Source of the DNA: an uncultured Mucilaginibacter sp. | GTDB taxonomy: Bacteria > Bacteroidota > Bacteroidia > Sphingobacteriales > Sphingobacteriaceae | DNA: 64,000 bases | Direction of reading: 5' to 3' | NCBI GenBank assembly: GCA_966212355.1 | Contig: CBIHRB010000008.1 | Span: forward strand, 95,084 to 159,083 | Part shown: one piece after another, positions 19,655 to 29,133 of the stretch | Numbering within the stretch: the stretch's first letter is position 1 | Layout of the letters: each line of letters opens with the position of its first letter | Notes under the pieces: model-generated | Database searches by the model: none | What the model was told of the DNA's origin: nothing | Seen by the model: only the letters and a program-made list of their open reading frames with translations | Program-made: the position numbers and the translations under genes

Positions 19655-19749
19655 AGCTTTAAACTTTGTGCGTTCTGCTTTCAGCTTATATAAATATTGA
19701 TAATCAAGCTAAGCGGCTTTTAGGCTTTGTGCCTTCAGCTTTTGGCTTT
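19655..19749. repeat. GCTTT-rich short tandem repeat (family L), two copies; another at 37569-37602
   Basis: AGCTTTAAACTTTGTGCGTTCTGCTTTCAGCTTA (19655) vs AGCTTTAGGCTTTGTGCATTTCGCTTTCAGCTTT (37569), 28/34. Confidence 0.6.
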
Positions 19750-19761
19750 CATATAAAAGAT

Positions 19762-20277
19762 ATGGATATCCAGGAAAACATAATAAACAAGGTGGCTCAG
19801 AGCGGCCTCGTTACCTTAGACCCGGCTTCTTTTTATCCCGCCGGCGATCGCGTTATTTATGATATTAAAGATAACCTGTTCCATGGCCTGATCCTTCGCG
19901 AGAAAGATTTCAGGGACTTTATAAAGGAACATGACTGGGCGCAATATGAGGGTAAAAATGTAGGTATTACCTGCACTGCCGATGCTATTGTACCAGCCTG
20001 GGCATATATGCTGCTGGCCAACCGGATGGCCCCTTACGCCCGCGAAATTGTTTTTGGGGATAAAGAGGTATTAGAAACTGTACTTTTTGAAAAGGAAATA
20101 GCCAAAGCCGATTTTGAACAATACCGTGGGCAGCGGATTGTGCTGAAAGGTTGCGGCGATACCGAAGTGCCGGTATCTGCTTATGTTGAGCTGACTAAAA
20201 AGCTAAGTGCTGTGGTTAAAAGCCTCATGTTTGGTGAGCCTTGTTCAACCGTGCCTATCTATAAGCGTAAGGATTAA
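19762..20277 (+). CDS. DUF2480 family protein
   Basis: IINKVAQSGLVTLD, LREKDFR and LMFGEPCSTVP motifs. The ORF-track extension upstream is repeat sequence. Confidence 0.85.
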   Translation: MDIQENIINKVAQSGLVTLDPASFYPAGDRVIYDIKDNLFHGLILREKDFRDFIKEHDWAQYEGKNVGITCTADAIVPAWAYMLLANRMAPYAREIVFGDKEVLETVLFEKEIAKADFEQYRGQRIVLKGCGDTEVPVSAYVELTKKLSAVVKSLMFGEPCSTVPIYKRKD

Positions 20278-20371
20278 GTATTTAAGCGGCAGTGCGCAAT
20301 AAAAACAAGTTTAAACCATTTATAATAGCAGTTGTCATATCACAAGCCCGGCTAAAAGGGGCTATTAATCA

Positions 20372-21166
20372 ATGAAGAAACTGCTGATAAATAAATATTT
20401 TTTTACTGTACTGCTTTTTATAGCCTGCTGCAAGGGCGGATTTGCCCAGGAACTGAAAAAGATCAATGAGTCGATCTTTAAAGCAGGTGAACAACTGGAC
20501 TACAAGATGAAATACGGTTTTTTTACTGCTGCCGAAGCTACCATAAAGGTAGAGGCCAGCGATAAGAAATATAATGACCGCCCTACATTTCATCTCGTGG
20601 CCGAAGGCAAAACCGCCGGCTCTTTCGACCTTTTTTACAAGGTACGCAACCGTTATGAATCATATGTAGATCAAACAACACTGATGCCCTATTTTTATAC
20701 TGAAAACAGGCGCGAAGGTAAGTACAGGCATACCGACAATGTTACGTTCGATCAGAAAGATAAAAAGGTAACCGCAAATAAAGGAACATTTGGGTATAAG
20801 GGCGAGTCCTTTGATTTTGTATCGGCTTATTATTTTGCGCGGGCCATTGATGTTTCAAAGCTGCAACAGGGCGATACTTTTGATCTGCAATATTTCCTGG
20901 AAGACGGGTTTCACAGTATGCAAATAACCTATGTTGGCACTGAAACGGTTGAGTGTTCGCTTGGTAAGTTTAATTGTCTTAAATTTAGCCCGGCAATTAT
21001 TCCGGGACGCATTTTTCGGAAAAACAGCAAGTTGTACCTTTGGGTTACCAACGATAAGAACAGGATCCCGGTAAAGGCCCACGTTGAAGTGCTGATAGGC
21101 AGCGTAACAATGGACCTGAAATCCGCTGCAGGACTTAAATATCCTTTGAACCCTATAAAAGATTGA
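20372..21166 (+). CDS. DUF3108 domain exported protein
   Basis: Signal peptide, FKAGEQLDYKMKYG and WVTNDKNRIPVK motifs. Confidence 0.8.
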   Translation: MKKLLINKYFFTVLLFIACCKGGFAQELKKINESIFKAGEQLDYKMKYGFFTAAEATIKVEASDKKYNDRPTFHLVAEGKTAGSFDLFYKVRNRYESYVDQTTLMPYFYTENRREGKYRHTDNVTFDQKDKKVTANKGTFGYKGESFDFVSAYYFARAIDVSKLQQGDTFDLQYFLEDGFHSMQITYVGTETVECSLGKFNCLKFSPAIIPGRIFRKNSKLYLWVTNDKNRIPVKAHVEVLIGSVTMDLKSAAGLKYPLNPIKD

Positions 21167-21178
21167 TTTAAAAAGATA

Positions 21179-21742
21179 ATGATTGAGGTTGGCAATGTAT
21201 TACTGCACGAGGATGTAGTAAAAGAGAATTTTGTATGTAATTTAAATAAATGCAAAGGTGCCTGCTGTCTCGAAGGAGATTCGGGCGCACCACTTAATGC
21301 CGATGAACTTGATATCCTGAAAGAGATCTATCCCAAAGTAAAACCTTATCTTACCGCGAAAGGGATCAAAACTATTGAAAAGGAGGGGGTTTACGTAACC
21401 GATTTTGAAGGGGATTATACTACGCCCTGTGTTGATACCAACAAAGAATGCGCCTATGTAATATGGGAAAACGGCATTACTAAATGCGGTATTGAAAAAG
21501 CGTATGAAGAAGGTGCCGTTAATTGGAAAAAACCCATATCGTGCCATTTGTATCCTATCCGCATAACGTCTTATCCCGAGTTTGATGTTTTAAACTATGA
21601 CCGTTGGAGTATCTGCAGCCCTGCATGTTCGTTTGGGGATGAGTTGAAAGTACGCGTTCACGAATTTTTGAAAGATCCGCTCATCCGTAAATACGGAGCG
21701 GATTGGTACCGGGAACTGGAAGATACCGTGGCAGGGATTTAA
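21179..21742 (+). CDS. DUF3109 family Cys-rich protein
   Basis: FVCNLNKCKGACCLEGDSGAP and KPISCHLYPIR motifs. Confidence 0.85.
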   Translation: MIEVGNVLLHEDVVKENFVCNLNKCKGACCLEGDSGAPLNADELDILKEIYPKVKPYLTAKGIKTIEKEGVYVTDFEGDYTTPCVDTNKECAYVIWENGITKCGIEKAYEEGAVNWKKPISCHLYPIRITSYPEFDVLNYDRWSICSPACSFGDELKVRVHEFLKDPLIRKYGADWYRELEDTVAGI

Positions 21743-21889
21743 TCTTTTATAAAACTTTTAAAGCCGGATATTTTTTTCCTTAAACTGTAGTATAGCGCCT
21801 TGCCTAAACCTATATATTGAGCGTTATAGGAGTAATTACAATAAAATTGGATATTATTGTACTACCTAATATATCTACGGTCATAATTA

Positions 21890-23026
21890 ATGAAAAAGGC
21901 TTTAATAACAGGCATAACGGGTCAGGATGGCGCTTATTTAGCAGAGTTTTTGCTGAAGAAGGGCTATGAGGTACATGGGGTTAAACGCCGTTCGTCCTTA
22001 TTAAATACCGACAGGATAGATCATTTATACCATGACCCGCACGAGTCCGGCGCCAAATTCAGCCTGCATTATGGCGACCTCACCGATTCAACAAACCTGA
22101 TCAGGCTAATCCAGGAAGTTCAGCCCGATGAAATTTATAACCTTGCAGCACAAAGCCATGTAAAAGTGAGCTTTGAAACTCCCGAATATACCGCCAATGC
22201 CGATGGTGTTGGTGTACTACGTATTCTTGAAGCAGTAAGGCTTCTTGATCTCACCAAAAAAACACGCATCTACCAGGCTTCCACATCCGAGCTGTATGGC
22301 TTGGTACAGGCTGTGCCGCAAAGTGAAACCACGCCCTTTTATCCACGCTCACCTTACGCGGTGGCAAAACTATATGGCTACTGGATTGTAGTTAATTATC
22401 GCGAAGCCTATGGTATGTACGCCTGCAACGGGATTTTGTTTAACCATGAAAGCCCGGTAAGGGGCGAAACTTTCGTTACCCGGAAAATTACCCGGGCAGC
22501 ATCAAAAATAGCCCTTGGCTCGCAAAACTGTTTGTATGTAGGCAACCTTTCGGCACGGCGCGATTGGGGGCATGCAAAAGATTATATAGAAGCGATGTGG
22601 CTGATGCTGCAGCAGGAAACCGCCGAAGACTTTGTAATAGCAACCGGGGTAACAACCACCGTCCGTGATTTTATCAGGATGGCTTTCATGGAGTTGGGTA
22701 TCGAAGTTGAATTTAGCGGAAAGGATGAGAACGAGCGTGGGGTAATCATTGATATTGATGAGGAAAGGGCCATCGCGCTTGGATTGAACCTGGAGGCTTT
22801 GAGGTTTGGGCAAACTGTTGTAAAAGTTGACCCCAGGTATTTCAGGCCGACGGAGGTTGATCTGTTAATTGGAGATGCTGCCAAAGCTTATAATAAGCTC
22901 GGCTGGAAACCAAAATATGATTTGCAGGCATTGGTGACGGATATGGTACTGGCAGATCTGCAACTGGTAAAAAAAGATGAATATCTGAAAAAAGGTGGGT
23001 TTAGCACGCTTAATTATTTTGAATAA
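21890..23026 (+). CDS. gmd: GDP-mannose 4,6-dehydratase
   Basis: [29 protein letters not shown] and RDWGHAKDY motifs. Confidence 0.97.
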   Translation: MKKALITGITGQDGAYLAEFLLKKGYEVHGVKRRSSLLNTDRIDHLYHDPHESGAKFSLHYGDLTDSTNLIRLIQEVQPDEIYNLAAQSHVKVSFETPEYTANADGVGVLRILEAVRLLDLTKKTRIYQASTSELYGLVQAVPQSETTPFYPRSPYAVAKLYGYWIVVNYREAYGMYACNGILFNHESPVRGETFVTRKITRAASKIALGSQNCLYVGNLSARRDWGHAKDYIEAMWLMLQQETAEDFVIATGVTTTVRDFIRMAFMELGIEVEFSGKDENERGVIIDIDEERAIALGLNLEALRFGQTVVKVDPRYFRPTEVDLLIGDAAKAYNKLGWKPKYDLQALVTDMVLADLQLVKKDEYLKKGGFSTLNYFE

Positions 23027-23054
23027 CCAAGTATAAAACCATATAAACCATTAT

Positions 23055-24641
23055 ATGAAGAGAATATTTACAAGCATTATTTTACTGCTTTTGATAAGCG
23101 GGTTTGTGAAGGCCCAGTCAATATATCAACCTTATAACTACCAGTTTTATCAGAAACTAAATGAGGATGTTTATTCAACCAAAACAAGGGTACACAGTTC
23201 ATTAAAACCATTTATGGTTGATGACTCACTTTTGAAAGTTCACTATGACTCATTGATGAACTTAAACGATATTAAAGGGCGTTTTTTTAATGAACATCAG
23301 ATTGATGTTAAAAGCAGCAACTCCACCTTCTATGCCGATCTGTTGCCCGACTTCAATCTAAGCCGTGATTTCTCAGGGAAAAAGAACACCAATTTTGGTA
23401 CACTTGGGATCCAGTTGGGCGGTACCTTCGGAAAAAACTTTTCGTATAATGTGGCCGGTTATGAAAACCGCGCGGTATTACCTAATTATTTACAAACCTA
23501 CGTTAACCAGGTTGGCATAGCCCCCGGGCAGGCCTACGCCGGTATTTACGGCAATGAATACCGCTGGTCATATATCACGGCTAATGTTTCGTATACACCG
23601 ATAAAGTTTTTGAACATCAGCGCGGGGCGCGATAAAACCTTTGTTGGCGATGGCTACCGGTCATTATTATTATCTGATTATGCATCGCCCTACCCATTTT
23701 TCAAGTTAACGGCAACGCTGGGCAATGTACGTTATATGGCCATGTGGACTTATTTTAATGACCCGCTTTCGGTAAAAGTAGATAACGGGGACAGGAAAAA
23801 ATTTGGTGTATTTCACTACTTAGACTGGAACGTATCCAACAGGTTATCACTCGGTTTTTTTGATGCCGTGGTATGGGCAGCGAAAGATGATTTAGGCCAT
23901 AAGCGTGGGTTTGATTTTACTTACATCAACCCGGTGATATTTTTAAGGCCCGTTGAAGCTTCAAATGGCTCACCCGATAACGCTTTGATAGGATTTACAG
24001 CTAAATATAAGCTAACTGATGGCATCACCGCTTATGGTCAGTTTTCGCTCGATGAGTTTGAGTCTTCAAGCTTCTTTTCAAGTAAAGGGAGCTCTCGTAA
24101 TAAATACGGGTTTCAATTGGGTGTAAGGGGGGCTAACCTGTTTAATGTTAAAGGCTTAAACTATCTGCTTGAAACAAACAATGTTAAACCATATACTTAT
24201 TCAGAACGTTCTTCGGTAATCAATTACACTGAAAATGGCGAGCCGATAGGACATCCATGGGGCGCCAATTTCCGCGAAGTAGTTGGACTGCTTAACTATT
24301 CATATAAAAGGTTTGATTTTTCAGGGGAGCTCGACTACGGGCATTACGGGCTTGATATCAATGGCCTGAACTATGGTAAGGATCCCTTTCAGGGTTATCG
24401 TGACCCGGCAAGGTTATATGGCAACTACACCGGGCAGGGTTTAACCACCAATATGGTTTACCTGGAGGGAAAGGTGGCCTATTTAATTAACCCTAAGTAT
24501 AACTTAAGGTTTGAACTTGGCGGCCTGGTACGCCGTGAAAAGAACAGTCAGTTTAATGATAAAACCTCAATGTTAACATTTGGTATCCGCAGTTCATTCC
24601 GTGCTATATACAATGATTTGGCGAGTTATAAGGTTCATTAA
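23055..24641 (+). CDS. Outer-membrane beta-barrel protein, Wzi/RemB-like
   Basis: Signal peptide, GDGYRSLLLSDYA and GHPWGANF motifs recalled from this family. Confidence 0.6.
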   Translation: MKRIFTSIILLLLISGFVKAQSIYQPYNYQFYQKLNEDVYSTKTRVHSSLKPFMVDDSLLKVHYDSLMNLNDIKGRFFNEHQIDVKSSNSTFYADLLPDFNLSRDFSGKKNTNFGTLGIQLGGTFGKNFSYNVAGYENRAVLPNYLQTYVNQVGIAPGQAYAGIYGNEYRWSYITANVSYTPIKFLNISAGRDKTFVGDGYRSLLLSDYASPYPFFKLTATLGNVRYMAMWTYFNDPLSVKVDNGDRKKFGVFHYLDWNVSNRLSLGFFDAVVWAAKDDLGHKRGFDFTYINPVIFLRPVEASNGSPDNALIGFTAKYKLTDGITAYGQFSLDEFESSSFFSSKGSSRNKYGFQLGVRGANLFNVKGLNYLLETNNVKPYTYSERSSVINYTENGEPIGHPWGANFREVVGLLNYSYKRFDFSGELDYGHYGLDINGLNYGKDPFQGYRDPARLYGNYTGQGLTTNMVYLEGKVAYLINPKYNLRFELGGLVRREKNSQFNDKTSMLTFGIRSSFRAIYNDLASYKVH

Positions 24642-24697
24642 CGATGTAATAAATCTTATACCGATAAAATTGAATTTTACTTTTAGTATATTTGAGT

Positions 24698-24916
24698 ATG
24701 ATCAGGACTGTGGTGAAGCCGAGTAATCGTAGCATATCAATTAATTTACCAGAAGAATTTGTCGGTAAACAGGTGGAGGTTATTGCGTTTACTATTGAAG
24801 AGGCCGACAACGCCATCGAAAGTATGGACAATATCACAACTCATTTTGCTACCGAAGGAGTTTTAGCTAAAACTTGGTTGACAACAGAAGAAGATGAGGC
24901 ATGGCAGGATTTGTAA
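24698..24916 (+). CDS. Putative antitoxin of the PemK/MazF pair
   Basis: Overlaps the toxin start; C-terminus LAKTWLTTEEDEAWQDL is typical of PemK partners; TATATTTG -7 box at 24687-24694. Confidence 0.75.
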   Translation: MIRTVVKPSNRSISINLPEEFVGKQVEVIAFTIEEADNAIESMDNITTHFATEGVLAKTWLTTEEDEAWQDL

Positions 24917-25230
24917 AAGGAGATATTGTAGTTATTCCGTTTCCTTTTTCTGATTTATCTGGTAGCAAGAAAAGACCTGCTTTAGTATTGGCTGACTTAC
25001 AAGGCGATGATATCATATTATGTCAGATAACGAGTCGGCAGAGTAAGGATATATATGCTATCGCTATTGATCAAACCGATTTTGCAAAAGGCTCTTTGCC
25101 TGTGGCTTCCAATGTTCGCCCTTCCCGTATTTTTACAGCTGATAAAAAAATCATCGTGCGTACCGCCGGGACATTAAAAAGCGCAAGTTTTGCAAAAATA
25201 TCGAGCGCGATTATCAAGCTTTTGGCTTAA
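24901..25230 (+). CDS. PemK/MazF family toxin (mRNA interferase)
   Basis: GDIVVIPFPFSDLSGSKKRPALV and CQITS motifs. Confidence 0.92.
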   Translation: MAGFVKGDIVVIPFPFSDLSGSKKRPALVLADLQGDDIILCQITSRQSKDIYAIAIDQTDFAKGSLPVASNVRPSRIFTADKKIIVRTAGTLKSASFAKISSAIIKLLA

Positions 25231-25266
25231 TCAAAATAAGCTTACACGGGTTAAGACAGATAATTA

Positions 25267-25778
25267 TCATCTCATTCTTCTAAATGTCAGGCTTATTCTT
25301 CCGTTTAGGGTATCCGATGATGGTATGGCATGTTGCCATTCTTCTTGAACTTCTTGTGTCATATATATCAAGCTACCCGACATAAGTTCATAATCCACTA
25401 ATTCCTCTTTATTCTCTATGTTTCGAAACCTCAGAGCTCGGGTTTCTCCCACAGAAACTATCGCCACTCCGGTGTTAGGTAAAGAATGTCTGTTTGATCT
25501 GAGTGATACCCCATTTTAGCCTTGCCATCTAAGTAATAATTTATAAGGCAGTTATTGGCCTCAAAATTAATAATGGGAGTCAGGTCTCGTATGATGGCTT
25601 CCAACTGGCGCGGCAACTGTTGATAAGGATAACTAATTTGTGAATAGTTATATGCCTCTCCGTAGCTGGCCGTTTTACGCGCCGCCATTCGTTCGTCCCA
25701 ATTTACATTCGCTACCAGAAAATCGAATAATTCTGTAGGAGCTTTAATGAAACCTTCGATGTAAAGTACCCCATCCAT
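25267..25778 (-). pseudogene. AlkB-like 2OG-Fe(II) dioxygenase, split by a 1-nt frameshift
   Basis: NCLINYYLDGKAKMGYHSD in one frame and IVSVG..R...WQHAIP...RISLTFR in another; break at the A-run 25481-25483. Confidence 0.85.
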
Positions 25779-25812
25779 TTACCGAAAAAATTATTTGTAC
25801 AGGGCGTGATTA

Positions 25813-27750
25813 TTACGATGCTATCGTATTCACATTCCTTTTCTCTGCCATATTGCGAACCTGTTGGGCTATACCATGGGCGTCGAAACCACATTCGGCC
25901 CAAAGTTCGGGCTGGTCGCCATGTTCAATGAACTTGTCAGGAATGCCTAAGCGTTTTACCTGGATGTTGGTGTAGCCGTTATCAATCATAAATTCCAGCA
26001 CTGCGCTGCCCATGCCGCCTTCAATGCAGCCATCCTCAACAGTAATTACTTTATTAAACTTTTTAAATACATCATGCAGCAAAGCCTCATCAAGCGGCTT
26101 TACAAAACGCAAATCGTAATGGGCTGGGTTGTAGCCTTCGGCATTAAGTTCGGTAGTAGCTTTAACTACTTCGTTGCCGATAGCGCCAACAGACAGAATC
26201 GCCACATCATCCCCATCACAAACCTTACGGCCTTTGCCTACGGGGATAGCTTTGAACGGTCGCTGCCAGTCAACCATAACACCGTTGCCGCGTGGATACC
26301 TGATTACAAACGGCCCCATGTTCTCCTGCTGGGCAGTATACATCAGGTTACGCAGCTCTTCCTCATTCATTGGCGCCGATACAACCATATTAGGGATACA
26401 GCGCATATATGCAATGTCATAAGCACCGTGGTGCGTAGCGCCGTCAGCCCCGGCAAAACCGGCACGGTCAAGGCAAAATACTACATTAAGCTTTTGTATG
26501 GCCACATCGTGGATCACCTGGTCATAAGCCCGCTGCATAAAGCTGGAATAAATGTTGCAGAACGGAACAAGTCCTTGTGTGGCTAAACCGGCAGAGAAAG
26601 TTACCGCATGCTGTTCGGCAATACCCACGTCAAACGCGCGGTTTGGCATGGCCTTCATCATCAGGTTTAATGAACAGCCCGATGGCATAGCCGGGGTAAC
26701 ACCCATGATCTTAGGGTTTTGCCCGGCAAGTTCAATTATACTATGACCAAACACATCCTGGTATTTAGGTGGTTGTGGCTTATCGTATTTGGCTTTTTTG
26801 ATCTCGCCGGTAATTTTATCAAACAAACCCGGGGCATGCCACTTGGTCTGGTCTTTTTCGGCCAGGGCATAGCCTTTACCTTTTACCGTGATGCAATGCA
26901 GCAATTTAGGGCCCGGGATATCCCTCAGGTCCTTCAATACTTTTACCAGGTGATTTACATCATGACCGTCAATAGGGCCAAAATACCTGAACTTAAGCGC
27001 TTCAAAAAAGTTGCTGCGTTTAAGCAGGGTGCCTTTAATGCTTTTTTCAAGCTTTTGAGCTATCTTAAAGGCATCCGGACCAATTGATGATAGTTTGGCA
27101 AGCACATGTGCAATATCATCCCTGAAACGGTTATACGGCTTTGAGGTGGTGATATCAGTCAGGTATTCTTTCAATGCGCCAACGTTGGGATCGATGGACA
27201 TGTTATTGTCATTCAGGATCACCAATAAGTTGGAGTTTTCGATGCCTGCATGGTTCAGTGCTTCGAAAGCCATACCCGCGGTCATGGCCCCGTCGCCAAT
27301 TACGGCTACGTGCTGCCGGTCTGTTTCGCCTTTATAGTGGGAGGCAACAGCCATGCCCAGTGCGGCAGATATAGAGGTTGATGAATGGCCTACGCCAAAA
27401 GTATCGTATTCACTTTCCGACCGTTTGGGGAATCCGCTGATACCACCGTGGATCCGGTTGGTATGAAACTCATCACGGCGGCCGGTAAGTATTTTATGCC
27501 CGTAAGCCTGGTGGCCAACGTCCCAAACTAACTGGTCGTAAGGTGTATTAAGCACATATTGAAGGGCTACGGTGAGTTCAACCACGCCCAGGCTGGCAGC
27601 AAAATGGCCGCCGTTAACTGATACTACGTCAATAATATACTGGCGTAGCTCCTTGCATGCCTGTTCAAGCTCATTTTCATTAAGTAGCTTTAAATCAGAT
27701 GGATAATTTATTTTTTGTAATAAATTCCCGGCCGGTACCTGCATTGACAT
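25813..27750 (-). CDS. dxs: 1-deoxy-D-xylulose-5-phosphate synthase
   Basis: WDVGHQAYGHK, GDGAMTAG..EALN and FDVGIAEQHAVT motifs. Confidence 0.98.
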   Translation of the reverse strand: MSMQVPAGNLLQKINYPSDLKLLNENELEQACKELRQYIIDVVSVNGGHFAASLGVVELTVALQYVLNTPYDQLVWDVGHQAYGHKILTGRRDEFHTNRIHGGISGFPKRSESEYDTFGVGHSSTSISAALGMAVASHYKGETDRQHVAVIGDGAMTAGMAFEALNHAGIENSNLLVILNDNNMSIDPNVGALKEYLTDITTSKPYNRFRDDIAHVLAKLSSIGPDAFKIAQKLEKSIKGTLLKRSNFFEALKFRYFGPIDGHDVNHLVKVLKDLRDIPGPKLLHCITVKGKGYALAEKDQTKWHAPGLFDKITGEIKKAKYDKPQPPKYQDVFGHSIIELAGQNPKIMGVTPAMPSGCSLNLMMKAMPNRAFDVGIAEQHAVTFSAGLATQGLVPFCNIYSSFMQRAYDQVIHDVAIQKLNVVFCLDRAGFAGADGATHHGAYDIAYMRCIPNMVVSAPMNEEELRNLMYTAQQENMGPFVIRYPRGNGVMVDWQRPFKAIPVGKGRKVCDGDDVAILSVGAIGNEVVKATTELNAEGYNPAHYDLRFVKPLDEALLHDVFKKFNKVITVEDGCIEGGMGSAVLEFMIDNGYTNIQVKRLGIPDKFIEHGDQPELWAECGFDAHGIAQQVRNMAEKRNVNTIAS

Positions 27751-27897
27751 TCGTAAGGATATTTAACCTGCAAAATAAGGTAATTATTGTTAAATTCTGG
27801 GTATATAAAGATATTAAATTACTTAACAAACAGGATATGCCAAACAAAATGACACATTAAGGCATATTATGATGGCAGACGGAAACAGCTGATTATT

Positions 27898-27917
27898 GGT
27901 TTTCAAGATTGAAAACC
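27898..27917. promoter_or_regulatory. Perfect palindrome GGTTTTCAA-GA-TTGAAAACC in the dxs/scpA divergent promoter region
   Basis: 9-bp arms, 2-nt spacer; function unknown. Confidence 0.35.
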
Positions 27918-27983
27918 TGTGCTTTGCGGCTTAATTCTTACTGCGATGAATCCGGCCGAAATGTTTATTTTTGACCGGATTTT

Positions 27984-28730
27984 ATGACCGACGATAGTTT
28001 TGCCATTAGGTTACCCCAGTTTGAAGGCCCGTTTGACCTGCTGCTGTTTTTCATTGAGCGCGATGAGCTGGATATCCACGATATCCCGATAGCAAAAATT
28101 GCCGATGATTTTTTGAATTTCCTGCACCAGATGTCGAGCCTCAATATGGAAATTGCCAGCGAATTTATTTTCGTGGCGGCAACGCTTATGCGCATCAAGG
28201 CCAAGATGCTGTTGCCGCGTTATGGCACCGAAGAAGCAGTCGATGACCCGGACACCAAAGAAAACCTGATCAGGAAACTCATCGAGTATAAAAAGTTCAA
28301 AGAGGTGTGTGAAGAGATAAGGCCGATGGAAGATGAGCGCTTTAAACAGGAAAAGCGCGGCAATATCAAACATGACCTCGAACAGGTTGAGAAAGTGGCC
28401 GTCCCCGGCGAAGAGTTATCCGAATTAACCCTTTACCGTCTTATGGTTGTTTATGAGCGGATGATCCGCAATTTCACCAGGCGCAGCGAGGAGGTGAAAC
28501 ACACGGTAGTACAGTATCCCTATACCATCGAAAAACAAAAAAAGGCAGTTGCCGATCTGCTCAAGATCAATAAAATGCTCGATTTTAAAGCAATCGCCAA
28601 AGAATCTGAAAACAAAGTTCATTTTGTATATAACTTTTTGGCAGTGCTTGAAATGTTGCAACAGGAACTGATAGATATCCAGATTGGATTGGGTTATAAT
28701 AACTTTTGGATTTCGCCAAAAGAGATATGA
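27984..28730 (+). CDS. scpA: Segregation and condensation protein A
   Basis: FEGPFDLLLFFI..DI.DIPI, ASEFI..AATLMRIKAKMLLP and FLAVLEM motifs. Confidence 0.93.
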   Translation: MTDDSFAIRLPQFEGPFDLLLFFIERDELDIHDIPIAKIADDFLNFLHQMSSLNMEIASEFIFVAATLMRIKAKMLLPRYGTEEAVDDPDTKENLIRKLIEYKKFKEVCEEIRPMEDERFKQEKRGNIKHDLEQVEKVAVPGEELSELTLYRLMVVYERMIRNFTRRSEEVKHTVVQYPYTIEKQKKAVADLLKINKMLDFKAIAKESENKVHFVYNFLAVLEMLQQELIDIQIGLGYNNFWISPKEI

Positions 28731-29096
28731 GACATTAGATTTGAGATATGAGACGGAATAAGCCAAGTGTTTTAAAAAAGAGGAGGCCATCGGTTAGTTT
28801 ATCGGAGGCTGATTTTTGGACTGATGTTCCAAAAGGAATTAAGCAGGCTATTCAAAAAGCCAAAGAACAACTTGATCGGGGTGAGGGCATTGCACATGAT
28901 AAAGTGATGGAAAAAATAAAATCCAGATTTCTCAACAGTTGAAGTTGTTTGAGATCCAAAGAATAATTATACGTTTAGATCTGATGATTTATTCGCCGTA
29001 AACACCTGGGCGGCAAATAATATTGTGTTTATTTTAAGCTACGTAAAATCTAACATTACTCTTGTCTCAAATCTCACATCTCACATCTCAAATCTA
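28722..29096. mobile_element. Unit bounded by inverted heptamer arrays (GAGAT[A/G/T]T)n (family E), carrying an orphan antitoxin
   Basis: Left arm 28722-28754 and right arm 29064-29096, both 33 bp with 7-bp period, in inverted orientation. Confidence 0.55.
28748..28942 (+). CDS. Orphan or truncated antitoxin-like protein (RelE/ParE partner type)
   Basis: DFWTDVP..IKQAIQKAKEQLDRGEGIAHDKVM resembles addiction-module antitoxin C-termini; no intact toxin follows. Confidence 0.55.
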   Translation: MRRNKPSVLKKRRPSVSLSEADFWTDVPKGIKQAIQKAKEQLDRGEGIAHDKVMEKIKSRFLNS

Positions 29097-29133
29097 TATC
29101 AATTGCGTAACTTAGCGCCGTTAAAAACACACA

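Noticed and set aside
19666-19761. 32-aa N-terminal extension of DUF2480 as another coding repeat
   Set aside because: A canonical ATG at 19762 starts the conserved domain, so the upstream repeat is probably untranslated.
26074-27374. Long antisense ORFs opposite dxs (similar ones opposite uvrB, maeB, sprA, glyA and the kinase)
   Set aside because: Shadow frames of strongly supported genes with no motifs of their own.
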